A stretch of 58,561 bases of DNA from contig JAHBMJ010000061.1 of NCBI GenBank assembly GCA_018398765.1, positions 1 through 58,561 of the forward strand, in the 5' to 3' direction. Of the stretch, positions 20,730-34,600 are shown in pieces (position 1 is the first letter of the stretch; each line of letters starts with the position of its first letter). The position numbers and the translations under genes were made by a program. Source of the stretch: Chromera velia (taxonomy: Eukaryota). Below the pieces are notes generated by a model. The model worked only from the letters and a program-made list of their open reading frames with translations. It searched no databases and was not told the DNA's origin.

Positions 20730-20852
20730 CTTATGTGGTAAGTTGAAAACCGAAACATAGGCTGAGACAGCTCAGCATTTGAACTGCGCATCTACTCACA
20801 CACGCTCACACAAATACGCAACCTTCACATGTGCATTCATTCACATGCAAAT

Positions 20853-20892
<40 letters not shown>

Positions 20893-21468
20893 GTGCATTC
20901 ATGCAGGTACGTGCAGAACCCGAGGGCCCAGGCCGCTCAGCACTCGTGGCCAACCGGGCAGGGACAGCGTTTGGATGGGGGAGGGGGAGGGGCCCCCTCC
21001 GGTCCAGGTGCGGGTGCGGTGCCGGGGCTCCCCCCCGGGATGGAGGCGGAGGACCCGGAGCTTGCCCAGGCGATAGCGCTGTCGATGCAGTCGTTTCAGA
21101 AGGACACGGCACAGAGAGAGCCGCCCCCCGAGGAGCCACCTGCAGGGGCACAGAAGGTGACGAGCATCCAAGTGAGGGCCCCGAATGGGGAGAGACTGCA
21201 GAGGCGGTTTTTGATCGAGCAGCCTGTGAGTGTGATCTTTCAGTGGTTGGAGTTTTACTTTTCCCAGAAGGAGAAGGAGAACGTCTTCAACCCCCCTCTC
21301 GGATTCCGATCTTATTCTCTAAATTCGAGTTATCCGAAGAGGAAATTCGTCAAAGAGGGGGGGCAAGTGGTTCTTTTTGAGGGGGGGCAGACGGAGGGGG
21401 TGGACGTGACGGCGCTGTCCATCGAGGGGGCCCATGTGGCAGGGGAGGCCCTGAACTTGGCTGCGTAA
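16967..21468 (+). CDS. ATXN3: Ataxin-3-like Josephin deubiquitinase with SHP box, UIM and C-terminal UBX domain, 427 aa
   Basis: Exons 16967-17059, 17631-17709, 18105-18253, 19155-19213, 20113-20454, 20907-21468 (1284 nt). Josephin motifs [40 protein letters not shown]-like [45 protein letters not shown]...SYPKR. Confidence 0.92.
17263..17485 (+). repeat. Intron-resident dispersed repeat (~220 bp), long copy 1
   Basis: ttgtcttgagtggaagcagcag...gatcacgtgaa...gagaggcaaggg.cgcttaa.tctcacctttcgggccccctgcccac...aaacatatagtctg aligns by eye with 19400-19620. Confidence 0.85.
18525..18915. repeat. Degenerate ~60-bp tandem array (about 6 copies) in ataxin-3 intron 3
   Basis: Recurring ttctttcgttcccattgactcgtttctttc...ctgccttgtttg units. 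Confidence 0.75.
19400..19620 (+). repeat. Intron-resident dispersed repeat (~220 bp), long copy 2
   Basis: Same element as 17263-17485 with scattered substitutions. Confidence 0.85.
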
Positions 21469-22046
21469 ATTTATTTGAATCTTCATCGTTCAATTTAAAT
21501 CCCTCTGTCTGTCATCTGGGCCCGAACCCTGCTTGTCCTTTTACCTTCCCATTTCCTTTCCTTTCCTTTCAGGGAGTCTAGAGGGAATCGAAACGTCCGA
21601 AGGGGATGGCGCATGGGGTGTCAGAATTCAATTGGAGTGAAGTGAATAAATGACTGGAGACAGAGCTAGGGTGAGAAGTGACGGTCTCGTCTCTTCTGCT
21701 GGACTAGCTGTCGTTGAATTTCAAATGCATTTGATATTCGCACACGGGGCTTGTCGACCCATTTCAGACGTACACGGGGCTTGTCGACCCATTTCAGACG
21801 TACAGGCAGCTACGTACATCTCGGCCGGCCCCTCTCTCTCGCGGTAGATGTAGGGAGGGGGGGGAGGAAGTCTCTTCCCCATTTGTGGGAACTGTGTGCA
21901 CCTGTCAATCTGTATAGGTATTTCATTTCCCTATAGTCATTTCCACATTTCCCAGACAAGTTTTGAGATGATTTTTTGTTTATAGACTGAGCTTTTGGTC
22001 TTCAGGAATTTAGAGGAATCAATTTAGCTAGGAATCGGATCTAAAA

Positions 22047-22498
22047 CTAGGGGTGGTCGCTAGATAGATTATTTATATTAGATCTTAAAAAAAAAAAAAA
22101 TTATCTAACTAATCTAAACGGGGCAACTCCTCTCTGGCTCACCTTCCAGCAGGGGGACGAAGATCTCTATTGATTCTCCAAGCAGAGCTTGCAGACCTGC
22201 ACGCGTATTAGAGGGAGAATAGAAATGTTCTGCTGTGAAGCCTGCAATATACGAGCCTTAAACGAGGATAAAGAGAGCATCTAGTTAACTTCTTGTCTGC
22301 TGGCGAGCGTTAAATTCAGCTGTTCCGAAGCGTTGAATTGAGGCTGGTTGTTTCGTGAAAGGCATGTGAAAGGCCGCCGTTTTTCACTATAGATTTTTTA
22401 CATTTTTTTTTATAGATTTTTTAGAGAGATCAATATATTAGTTTAGAGGGGATAAAAAATCTAAACTAAAAGAAAATCTATCTAAAGACCACCCCTAG
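22047..22498. mobile_element. 452-bp non-autonomous DNA transposon (MITE), hAT-like
   Basis: 24-bp terminal inverted repeats CTAGGGGTGGTC(GC/TT)TAGATAGATT with 2 mismatches, and an exact 8-bp target duplication ATCTAAAA at 22039-22046 and 22499-22506. An 8-bp TSD is typical of hAT (also P) elements. Confidence 0.85.
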
Positions 22499-22537
22499 AT
22501 CTAAAAGAATTTAAAGACAGGAATTTAGAGGAATTTA

Positions 22538-22695
22538 GTAAATTTGGAAAGTCGATTTTTATTATAATGAGTTAGAACTTGATATTAATGGTGCTTATAT
22601 AGCTTTATATTAGGTCTATGCTAGGGTTTATCACCATGGCTAATATTAAGTTCAAACTCATCATAAGTAATAAGAAATCGACCTCTAAAGTTTAC
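22538..22695. mobile_element. ~158-bp hairpin MITE flanked by TTA (possibly PIF/Harbinger-like)
   Basis: ~50-bp imperfect inverted arms (gtaaatttggaaagtcgatttt...gagttagaacttgatatta / taatattaagttcaaactc...aaatcgacctctaaagtttac) plus an inner atggtg/caccat pair; TTA on both sides. Confidence 0.6.
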
Positions 22696-22709
22696 TTAGT
22701 TTCTAGGCC

Positions 22710-22926
22710 CCGCACTATATTAAAAAAAAAAGAAAATATCAAAAAAACTTTTTTTTTAATGGATTTTTTTTTTATTTATCATAGCACTTAATAGGCAAAC
22801 AACTGTTGCTCAAGTGTTGTAAAAGTGTTGCACGGGGTGTTGCATTGAAAACTATATATATTTTTTAGTTAATAAATAAATAATAATAAAAAAAAATCAG
22901 AAACTTTTTTTTTTTTATGAAGTGCA
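22710..22926. mobile_element. Degenerate foldback/MITE-like element
   Basis: gcact..ta(A)n pairs with (T)natgaagtgc, and gat(T)natt pairs with aat(A)ntc; ends uncertain. Confidence 0.35.
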
Positions 22927-23348
22927 GTAGGAAGCTTAGTTTAGGAATTTATAATTCTAAATTCCTTTAGATTCCTATAAATAAGTGATAAGTGATAAGT
23001 GATTTAGTGGTGCCCCCCAGAGCACTGTCGCCGTTTTATCTTATAATCCTAGTATAAATCCTTATCTAGATTCCTGCTAATTTCTTGGGTCATTGTGGGG
23101 CTATCCTCAGGCTATATTTTACAACAGACACTAGGCCATGCAGACAACTCATAATATAATCTACTAGTAGCTACCAACTTAGCACCAAGTAAGAAATATA
23201 CGCGCTATAACTCCAAATCTAGCTCTAAATAAGTGTGAAATGACTCTATACAATTTACTACAGAATGCATTATGTACCACTATACTAAATACTGTATACG
23301 ACACATGTTTTCATTGATAAAGAGCCCTAGAAAGAGCTAAATATTGCC

Positions 23349-23505
23349 AAGTGAGGGTATATCATTTAACAATCTGTTTTGCATGTCGTGACTTGGCCTA
23401 GGACTTGGCAGTCACCCAGGCAGTGTCAGACTTGCAGAACGCTAGAAGCCTATTATGCTAGCTATTATGGGCCGATAGCGACGGCGTATGATGATGATGA
23501 TGATG
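23349..23505 (+). mobile_element. 3' end of a non-LTR retroposon/SINE with (ATG)n tail
   Basis: ...ctattatgggccgatagcgacggcgt(atg)6; homologous in reverse complement to 40765-40878 and 40272-40331. Confidence 0.6.
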
Positions 23506-24177
23506 TAACTTCATGTAAGAACTTGAATCTGTCTCATATATACAGTGTAGCACCAGACAATCTGTACAGCCGCCATGACAGCGGTTTGGTATTTAGAAAA
23601 AAAGACGATTGATTGATCTCATCGACAATCTGAATCAATCTACTCCCAGATGTCATCCGGCGGCAGGTCAGCCAGAAAGAATGATCTGATTCTTTTCACT
23701 TCATCCTTTCAAATGATCGTCGCAAAGTGGGCAGAGACAAAACGGAACGGTGGTAGAAGTGCAAGCCGGAGGCAAGGAGACTTTTGAGGAGAAACGAGAG
23801 ATGTCTGACCCGATCACGAAAATACTTCCTTCGGTGCCTCGTCTCTGTGTCTGTTGTGTCAAAGTTTTGCTCACCTAGAGGGAGGTGTAGGAAAGGAAGC
23901 GGAGAGTGGAGCGGCTGACAACAGAGGAGAAAAGCAGGGGGGCGATCTGTCAAAAGATTTAGAGAGAGGTCACTCAGTCGCTGTATGTGTATGCACAATG
24001 ATGCTGGAGCTCTCTCTCTCTCTCTCTTTCTCCAGACTTCAATGCCCCCTTTGCTTTCCCTTTTCCTTTCTCTCTCTCTCTCTCTCTTCCAGGTGAACAG
24101 ACACAAACAGACAGACCTGTGACTAACAATTAATAAATCAGGAAGGATCGACGAAAAGGGACAAACTAACGCATGAA

Positions 24178-26081
24178 TCAGAACTCAACTGACTCCAGCT
24201 CCTCGCTCTTCATGTCCCATACGTCACACGGACGCACAATTCCGCCTCTTCCTCTTCCACCCCCCCTGCCCCCTTTCTGCTGGCCCCATTGAAGCCCCCC
24301 GCCCCCCGAGCCGAGATGCCGTGAGCCAACAACCAAACGGTCTCCGCCTCTCTCTCTGTCTCCTTCTGCCCTGTCTCTGCCAGGGGAGTGGCTGTTGTCT
24401 CTGCCGACACTCAACCCCTCCTTGTCCTCCTCTTTCTCCGTCTCCTGAGCCTTCAGATTTGCCCTCGTCTCCCCTCCCTTCTTCGTACTTTTGTCTCTTT
24501 CTCGGGGGGGTCGCACGGACAACCCCCGCGCCCCACCCGCATCCTCTTCCTCGCCTCTCTCCTTCCCAAACACGCTGATGCCCCCCTGCTTCGAAGCAGA
24601 AAGAGACACAGCCTCAGCCCCCCCAGGCTGGTCTAGAAGGAAGGGAGCAGAGGGAAGGGGAGAAGGAGAGACCCGACTGGAAGCGCCACCACTGGCGGAG
24701 GCAGCGGCAGAGGCAGAGGAGGATGCCGCATGGGCAGGGGGCCCGAAGGAGAACGAAAAGGGGGGCTTTGCTCCAAAATCGGGCAGTGCGCCAGGCTCCC
24801 CCCTTCCTTCTTCATGCGGCTGCGGCTGCTGTCCCGAAGGACTTCTGGATGCAGATGTGACGGGGGACGGGATGGAATTGGTGGAGAATAACAACGGGGG
24901 CTCTTTCTTTTCCCTTTCCCTCTCAAGTTGGGCTTGTGTGGAGGACGACTGACGAGAGGAGGCAACGGCGCCTTCCATGCCCCCCCCTTGCCCCCCCAGC
25001 CTGGGAGAGGCAGCAGAGACGGGAGGGGGGGCCGTGGGGAGTTTGGCAGAACCTCTGAGGGGGAAGAGAGGGGGTCCGGGTTGAGAGGTGCCTTCTCTTT
25101 CCTTCTCTTGGGACTTCATTTCTCTTTCACGCGTCTCTCTCTCAGCAGACGTCCTCTCTTTCCCCTTCCCTGCCGCCGCCGCCGCCTGCCTTTCCTCTCT
25201 CTCCTCCCTTTTTCTCTGGAACTCTTTGTACAGTCTGTGCGCACTCGCAACCTCTCCTAGATTCCCCCCCTGAGCCTGGGGATGGGCAACCGGAGGGGGC
25301 TGGTGGGAGTGCGACACGGGGCGGTAGGGCCCTCTGTGTCTGTCGTCTGTAGAGGAGGAGCGCATCGCGGCTGTCCCTGTGCCTGCTGTCGCCTCTAGAC
25401 ACTCGACAGAGACCAGGGAGGCTGTATGAAGGGGAAGGGGAAGGTTGTCCCTGTTGACGCAAGCAGAGTGCGCCAGAGGAGGCGGCACGGAGGGGGAGGC
25501 GGAGGAGGCCACAGGGGCAAAGGGCGAAGACGCGGAAAAGGAAGAGAGAGACCCGCGGCTATCGTTGGCGTTCCCGTTTGCGCCCTCCTGCAAGTTCGGC
25601 ATTCGTCCCCCCTTCTTTTTCTCTTTCTGCTGACTCCGGGAGGGGGGGCACAACGGAGGAATCCGTTCCTCTTTTTCTTCCTCTTCCTCGTCTCCTTCGC
25701 GTCTCTCTAACGCATCTGCCCACTCTTCCCCCGTCTCTCTCTCCTCTTCTCTCTCTCCCTCCCCTCCAGCCGCACCTCTGTGCCCCCGGGCCGTCTCTCC
25801 CCGCCGTCCTCTGTCATGGAAGTCTCCTCCATCAGACAGAAGACCTCTCCTCCCCTTTCCCCTCCCTCCCTCTCTCCCTCTGCGACCCGCGCTCCTCTCA
25901 GCTGAGGCCCCTGAACGCGCAGACTTGCTGCCACGCCGCTCTCTTTCTCTTTCCTTCTCTCTTGCCCCAATGTGAGCATTCAGTTGCTCGAGGAGCTTCT
26001 GCTGCGCGAGGGGGCCGAGGGCTTTGCCGAACGTCTTCGCGAAATTCCGCACCTGTACGCGCTCGGGAGAGAAGAGCCACC

Positions 26082-26117
<36 letters not shown>

Positions 26118-29100
26118 GACAGACAGGAAGACAAGAGACTTCCAAGGGGGCCAAGACAAGCATCAAGAGAACCGTCTTTTCGTTCATCGTCTCTGTTTCC
26201 ATCCAACTGAATGCCATCCGAGTCAATGCTCCTACAAAAATGACAAAACAGGCACGAGAGGAATGCATATTCTTGCGAAGGAAGTCGTTTTGAAGTGAAA
26301 AATGCCGGACCCGAACGGCATATTCTGGGGAAGAGTGCCGATTTCAACTCCAAAATGCCAGTCCCAAAAGGCATCCATGGAGGGACGTTGAAAAGGGATC
26401 TCGTTACACTGCGACAAAGCGATTTGAAAAATCAAAGAAACCAGACAAGCGCAAACTCCACGCACACCGACATACACATACACACCAACAAACAGACAGA
26501 CAGACAGACCAGCATTCGAGAGTCGTCAAATTCGTGCACGCCGATGCGCCCCGTTTTCCCTCCCCCCACGTGAACGTCCACGTAAAGGACCAGCTTCCCC
26601 CTATCCGCCTGCCCCAGCCCCAGGTGCCTCCGTTTGTCCTCGTCCAGACCCGCAAACGCCTCCTCGGGACGCTTCACGTACCTCCCCCCCGGGCCCACAA
26701 AGCTGAACGGACGGCGGGCCGACACCGACCTCCCGCGGGACTGCAGAGGCTGAGCGCCTCCTCCTCTGCCCCCTCTGACCCCGCCGGAATCCCCAAACAC
26801 CCGCAGGTTCTGCCCGTCCCTTCCCCCCCTGCCGGGTGGAGACTCCAAGAGGCCCCCCCTCTCCATCTCTCTTGCAGTCAGACTGCCTGCAACAGAGCCC
26901 CCCGCCCTGAGGGCTCCACAAGGGGGGGGGCTGGGGGGCGCAGCTCTTTCCTCAATCGCTCTTCGTATTTGCTCCCTTTGCACCTGGGCTCTCCGAAGCC
27001 TCGAGATCGTCGCTTCGTAACCTCTGGGCGTCATCGGGGGGGGGGTCGTGGATCTCCTCTCAGGTTGTTCTGCATCCAGGCCCTCTCTTTCTCTGAGGCT
27101 TCCCCTCTCAGTCAGAGATCCGCCCAAAAGCCTCAACCTCCCCCCCGCAAGCTGGCTGCTCTCTCTCTGCTGCCGCTGCTGCTGCTGTTGGTGCATGGGC
27201 TGGAGGGAAGAGTGGGACCGGAAGTTCACCCGACCGCCGGTTCCCGAGAGCGTCGCGTAGCGCTGCGGGGCTACCGGCGCTGTGGAAGGCGGAGGACCGG
27301 CTTCTTTGAAGCTGGTCGCAGGGACAGCAGGCACGGGGACTGGGAGAGGAGCCCCGTCTCTCCCACGGGGGGGCGTTTCTGTTTCTCTGGGGGTCAAAGC
27401 AGCAAAGGGGCGGCGTGCCCCCGTGGAGATTGCCTCTTGAGGGGCGGGCCCGGGTCGGCCATTGACGAGCCGGGCCGACCTAAAGGAAGACACCCGAGGA
27501 AAATCTCCGGGTGTGTGTGCTCCTTGTGCAAGCTGCTGTTGGTGTCCTTGACCCTCTTCTCTCTGCCCGTGTGGTAGCACCGAGAGTGAGAACCTGCCAG
27601 CATCCCCATCAGGTCGGCTGCACATTGATCGATCGATCGATCGATCGAGAGAAAAAGGGAGGGAGGGAGGGAGGGAGAGGTTCAGATAGAAGGCCACCGA
27701 TTGACCTTCCCATTCCGGATAGAGCGAGCGAGAGGGTTCTGATGGATTGATGAATCCTAAAAACACAACACCTGCAGGGTAGACAGACAAGGCAGACAGA
27801 GAAAGAAAGTTTTTTCTCATTTTTTCGCTCTTTGCCTTCGTGACTCATGTCAGGCAGAAAAAACATGCACACAAAGAAGAGAAACAGGCAGCAGCCGACT
27901 GACGGGTTCGTTTTGGGCCTGAATGTGCACCGACTCATCTCTTCCTGTTCGCGTGCGCGTTGCACCTCCTCTGCCTGCTTCTGGCCGTACTCCTTCATTG
28001 CCAATCCCTGGAGGTACAGGGCCTGCCACCGGGGCATTCCGTTCAACGCCGCAATTTGCTGTGTCTGCCCTCCCTCCGACGTCTTTGCCTTCTCTTTCTC
28101 CTCTGCCTGCGCGGAGACGGCAACTGCTGCTGCGGATGCGGTTGTTAAGCTCCGGCGTTCTTTGCTGAGGGCCTCGGCAGAAGGGCCCCGGCCTGTTCCT
28201 GCAAGGACTGCGCGTCGGGCCCTCTCCCTCTCCCTCTCTCCAAAAGTTGGCGTCGGCATGCACTCTCCCCCCGCAGCCCCCCCCCCTCCCTCCATCATCA
28301 GACGGCAGGCAAACGATGAAGACGCGACTGCTGCCCCCGGGTGTCGGACAGAAAGGGGAGGGGAGGCAGCGGCAATGCGACGGGATGCCTCGGTGAGCGA
28401 CGGCCGGAAGGTGCACTCCTGAACTCAATCAATGCATTCGTGAGGGAGGGAGGGGAGGGATGTTTTTTCTTTCGATCTACTTTTGTCGATCCAGTGCGTC
28501 GGTCACTTCATGCATGCGTGCAGACGTTTTCGAATTAAGGCACCAAATTGACAATAAACGGAAATGGTTGCGATGGGGGGGCCTAGAGTTGATTTCGTCG
28601 TTACTGACGCCCGCACGCACGCAAGCAGAATGGCTTGCAAGCTAGGAGAGAGGCAGGAAGGAAAGAATGGGGTGGTGCCAAAGAAAGCACAGAGGAGAGA
28701 GGGATGGAGAGAATCCGGGAAGAGGGATCGAGGCAGCTAGAGAAAGACCGTGGATGCCTATCTATGAGAGCAAGAAAACAAGACAGGAAGAGGGATCGAG
28801 GCAGCTAGAGAAAGACCGTGGATGCCTATCTATGAGAGGAAGAAAACAAGACAGGAAGAGGTATCGAGGCAGCTAGAGAAAGACCGTGGATGCCTATCTA
28901 TGAGAGGAAGAAAACAAGACAGGAAGAGGTATCGAGGCAGCCTGAGAAAGAACATGGATGCCTATCTATGAGAGCAAGAAAAAAGAAAACAAGTGAACAG
29001 AAAGAACGGAGTAAACATGGAGCCAAACAGTCCGACCAAAAGATGTAAAAATGAGCGAACGAACGAACGCACCTCCATCTCAGCCTCTGCCTTTTCCATC

Positions 29101-31576
29101 CGCGCTTGTTCCAGTTTCTCCTCAACATCACGAGCTGCGGGGAGACGGGCAGGAAGGCAGTAAGTTCAGAGGGAGTTTTGAAAGAGGGGGGGAAGATGAA
29201 TGGAAGCCATTGATTGGCACTACTCCGATCGTGGCACTTCCAAGGCGGAAGGAGAAAGAGAAACACAAGAAAAGTCACAAAGGCAAAGGTCGAGAGTCGC
29301 TCAGCTGCTCCACTCATGCGGCAAGCACAGGCTTTCTTGTGTGTTTGAACGGAAGATGCAGAAACGGGCAAAAGAAACGAAGAAAGGAAGGAAGGAAAAA
29401 AGGAAGGAACTTTTAGAAAACAGGCAGGCGCATTGATGCGAGTTTCTCAACCGCACACCACCCCCTCCCTCCCTCCCTGAATGCACCGACGCTCCCCACC
29501 CTCAGCTTGAAGGGGAGGGAGGGATAAACCCCCCCCCTGTGCGCAGAGAGAAAGAATTTTTTTCAAAATGGAGCACGACGTGTTGCACAAACAATAGCTG
29601 ATGAACACAAACAAACCGTGATACGATGAGTTGTATGAAGCCAAAGCAAGCCAGGTCCACTCACTCACTCACGCAGTCACTCACCCTTCGCGGCAAGGAC
29701 GGACGGGAGGTTCATAGCCCTCGCCATTCTTTCCCTTTCCCTCCGCCTTCGCGCCTCTGCCTCCGTCTCCCCCCCCGCTTCTTTGTCTTTGCCGCCTCTT
29801 GCTCCCAAAGCAGACCTCCCTCTCTCTGCCAGTGTGGGGGGAGACGGGGAGACGGGGAAGTGGCTTTGCCTCTGTGTCTGCACCTGCTGCGTGTCGCCGG
29901 GCTGGTCTCGAAGGGTCGGCTCGGAGTCCAAAAAAGTGGCCGCCGGAATTCCTGCGGCTTCTGCTTCCCCTTCCACCTCGTGCATTCCTCCTGCATGCGT
30001 ACGCATACGCAAGCATACGCTGCCTGATGATGTAGGCGGCGGCTGCTCCTGACGGGAGGGCGATGAGGTTCGCACGGTGACGCGCACAGCAGCGGCAGAA
30101 AAAGAAGAAGAGCCGGGGACAGGGGGAGGGGATCCGAGGGGGGCCCCGGCAAGATTTGAGTGAGCGGGACGGTCAGCATCCTCCGCCCTCTCCACGTCCA
30201 CCCGGTGGATGCCTGACAAGGGGTCCCCCACCGGGGCGGGGGGGGAGCGGCTCTCCTCCACCCCCCGTATCTTCCTCCCTTCAACGCCTATGCCTATCTC
30301 CACGCTCACGCCTGAACCGCCCCCCCCTTCTTCACGCACACGGACCGGCGAGGCGGTTGTGTGGGGGGCCCCAAGGAGGCGTTCTCTCAGACGAGAGGAC
30401 CGGGGGGGCGGGGGATTGTCGGAAGGACTCGGGGACAGGGGGCGCAGGGGGGCAGCGAGGGGGGCTGGCTGTAGGCTCTTGGAGTGGGTTTGCGGGGGGG
30501 AAGGTGAGTGTGGGTTGCGTGCCTGCTGTCGTAGAGCCTGTCTGTGGGGGGACGGGGACGGGGACGGTGAAATGGGCCTCGATGCAAGTTTGGGTGATGT
30601 GACGGAAGGGAAAGGGGGCCCTGTCTCTCCTTCATCAACTTGCAGCAGTCCCCTTTCTCTTTCTCTTTCTCTCTCTCTTCCTGGTGCTGGAAGGATTCGG
30701 TGCACTTGTCCGCCACCTGTGCGCCTGTGCTTTTCCATCTGTTTGCCTGCCTGTGTATCCGTCTGATGCTGTCTGTGCAGCAAACTTGCCGCAGAGGGAA
30801 GCACCCGAGGTATTGCCGCAGAGGCCGGCACAGGGACAGGCACCGGCACAGAGGGGGAAGAATCTGACGGAGGGACCCGAGCAGCCGGACGTCCAAATTT
30901 CTCACGAGCAGAAGAGGCAAGCAGATGACGATGGGCCGAGAGCGACCGAGGCGGGCCCTCTCCCTCTCTTTCCGTTTCTGTTTCCCTTAAATCTTTCCTT
31001 CCCCTCTCCCGCAGGGGGGGAGAGAACGCCGCAGGGGAGAAGGGGACAGAAAGGGACGAGGACGTCACACGGCCACCCATGCCTCCCCTTCCCTCTCTGT
31101 CTCTCCCAAGGGGGTCCGGGGCCCTCTCCTGAGCCCTTCCCCCCCCCCCGGGCCAATGCCATCGTCCCAGCAGTGGATTTTCTTTCGCTTTCCCTTTCCC
31201 CCCTCCAGGAGCTAATTCGCTCACGAAGGCAACCTCCCGCATGCACACGGCCAGCGCCTCATACTCCTCTCTGGAGACGGGGACGGAAAGGGAAACGCCG
31301 GGGGCATCCCCATCACTCCCAGAAGGGGGCCCGTTGACTTCCTCCTTCTCCTTCTCCCACGGCGCCTCCCCCCCGTGCGAGGGGAGGGGGAGAGGTGGAG
31401 GGACCCCAAAAAGGAACAGAAGGAGTGTGTACATCTGCAGCCACCCAGGCAGAGAGAGAGAGAGAGCATGGTGCAGCCTTGCATGTGGTGCCTGCCTGCC
31501 TCTCTCTCTCTCTCTCTCTGTGCGCGTGTGAGCGTGTGTGTGTGTGTGTGTGTGTGTGCGTGTGTGTGTGTGTGTG

Positions 31577-31618
<42 letters not shown>

Positions 31619-34600
31619 CGTTCTTCCACTAAATCTCCACTCGAATGGGAGTACACGAAGGAAGGAAGGTTCCCTTAATTTCTGTTCAGACAGTCAAATG
31701 AGCGTTTCTTTCTGTGTCTTGCAGAACGCAAGTTACCGGAAGAATGGACAAAAAGGAAGACGAGGCAAGGAACAAAAGAAAGAACGGAGAAGTGAAGAGA
31801 AGAGCAGAGAAGGGGAAAGAAAGAAAAGAGACATGGCCCCCCATGGTATGACCTGCTCGAACGTCACTGTTCCTCTTCCCTCCTTGTCGAGGGTCTCTAC
31901 AATTTTTCTGCACACAAACAATTCCTTCTCTGCGCTCTCACGGTCAAGCAATTTCGCTCCTTCAGGGTCCATTCCCCCCTCACCAACGCCCTGTGCGGGA
32001 GATGAGTTTTCATCCTGCATACACAAGCAAAAGAGAGAATGAAGGCAATAAATATAACAACAAAGGACGAAGGCGCTGGGAATTAAGCGAAGGCAGAGAG
32101 GGACACAGAGAAGACATGTACTGCATGTGTATTCTGGAATCTAGGAAAACAAAAGAAAAAATCTCCCCCCGATTCTCAGTATGGCACGCAAATATAAGAA
32201 GACGGTGATTGAATGAATGTCCAGTTGGACGAAATGTCCCTCGATCCCACACCGAACTCACCCTGCAGGGCTTTGATGCACAAACTAAATAGAATCTCCA
32301 TTCATTCATTCATTCATTGATGCAAAGAAAGAAAAAACCCAGAAGTGCCGCCCGACGACGATCACCGAAGACTTTTTTTCATCAGGAAACCCTTTTGATC
32401 GAATGAATGAAGCACATGATTCTTTCGTTCATTGATTGCATGGGCACATCCTTCCGATGCTTGAAGAAGCATCCTCCCTCCTCTTCTTTTCCGTTCCATT
32501 GCCGTTCCTTCCATTCTCTTCTTCAAGCAAATTAAAAGAAAAGTTTTCCCCCCACACACACAAAGACCCCGAAAAAAAAAACAATACACCATGCCTCCTT
32601 AAGGCCCCCTTCCTTCTTCTCCAAAGAGACCCACCCACCCACCCACCCACCCGAGTACTCACTCACCACAAGAGGAAGCCCCTGCACTTATTTTCATACA
32701 GATAAATGCATGCAAAGAGAACCACCCACCCACCCGAGTACTCACCACAAGAAGAAGCCCCGCCTCCGTCCACCGAGGTTGTGTCTTTGTCCCTCCTTCT
32801 CCTCCTTCCCCGTCGAAGTCCTCCTCCGCTCCTCCTCCTATGCCCTCTCCTGCCCTTCTGTCTTCGCTCCCTCTTCCTCCCTCTGAACAGATCAGGTTGG
32901 AGAAAGGACCAGAAGGCATTACCTCTCTTTCTCTTCCTGTTTCTGCTCTTGACCTAGCTCGGCCCCCCGGGAAGAGGCCCAACTTCTGCAGGGAAGGGAA
33001 GGGAAGAGAAGGGAAGGGGAGCTCCGTGCGAAGAGAGTCTTCAGCGAATGAGTGCACACACAGACGCGGTTGGTCGCTTGGCCACATGCATGCAGCCTAG
33101 ATGGATGGAGGACCAAATGGTACCGCTGTCCGTCTGTCTGTCTGTCTGTCTGTCTGTGTTCATGTCGTCATTCAATCATTCGTACATTCACTCGATGCCA
33201 CAGACAGACGCACAAGGAAAATTAAAGAGACAGTGAAAACCTTTTCTTCCATTTTCTCTCAGCATCTTTCTCTTCTTTCTTGCTTTGGCGCTTTCCTTTC
33301 CTGCTGAGAAAGCAACTTTTCCTCCTCTTGGATTCCTTTTTGTCGCCTTCATTCGCTTAATTCTTTCAAGAAGAGGGAGGAGTCAATCGAGTGAGTGAGT
33401 AAGTGCCCTTTCAAGAAGAGGGAGGAATCAATCGAGTGAGTGAGTAAGTGCCCACTCACCGTGCCTGTCCAGTGTCGAGCAACAACAACAAAAAAACGAA
33501 GGACGCACAGAAAAGGAAGTCAAGCCATCCTCCCGTACCAAAAAAAAGCAGAATACAGAGAAAAAGGAAGAAAGGAAGAGACAACTGCCATGCAGAGAGA
33601 GATCCTCCCGAGAGACAGAGAGAGAAACGGTAACAACCCCCATCAACGAGAGAGACCCAATCCATCCATCTAGCTCTTCACCCACGCATCCATTCATGCA
33701 AAGGAGCAGGCAAACGGGGAAGCGAAAAGAAAAAGAATGAAGGGCAACTAAGGGAATTAAGGGACCCACTTGGAAGCACAGTCCAACAAGAGTTGTGGGC
33801 AACAGGTGTGAGGAGCTGCTTGATGTTCCGCTCCTCGGCCCTGCTCCGTCTGCGCTGCCCCCATCATGCGGTGTCGTCAGTCCGTGCCCGGTCAGCAGAC
33901 CGTTTGAGTTCAGTGTGGCGGGCGGATTCTGCCTCAAAGAATCTGTCCCTTTCCCTGTCTCTGCCTCTGCCGCGACATCTCCTCCTTTGTCTGTTTCCCT
34001 TTCCCTTTGCGGTCCTGTGGGGGTGGAAGTGGCGGTACAGAGGGCGAATGCCGCGCTGCATGTCGCAGGAGGGGGGGAGAGGAAGAGAAAGAATGAAAAG
34101 ACGCATCGTTTGCCTCTGATCTGACTCTATTTGGAGTGAACAACACCACTTTGATAGATGTGTATATGTATGTGTTCTATTTGCTGCTTTTCTCCTTGAA
34201 AAGGTGCGCTTGGATCTTTCCCTGTTGGTTCCCTTCCTGCTGTCATCTAGCTAAAGAGGAATAACTTCCGTCAGCTCCCCTCCATTCGTTCCCTAGCTTC
34301 CTCCCTCGCTCCCTTTACAAGCACATCGACAGCTCTTTCTTTCTTTCTTTCTTTCGTTCGTTCGTTCGTTCTTTCTTTCTTTCTTTCTTTCAAAGGGAAT
34401 GCGTTCGTGCGTGCGAATTCAATTTAGAGGAGAGAAGATGGAGGGAGAAATGACAAACAACTTTTTCGTTCGTTCACATCGATCGATCATATGTTCTTTC
34501 TGTCTGCACTTCTTTCTTTCCCTTTCCGTTCTCTCTTTCTCTCATGGACGGCGCGGACGGACCTGAGGCACATCCGGATGTCATCCCTTGCCTCCTGGGC

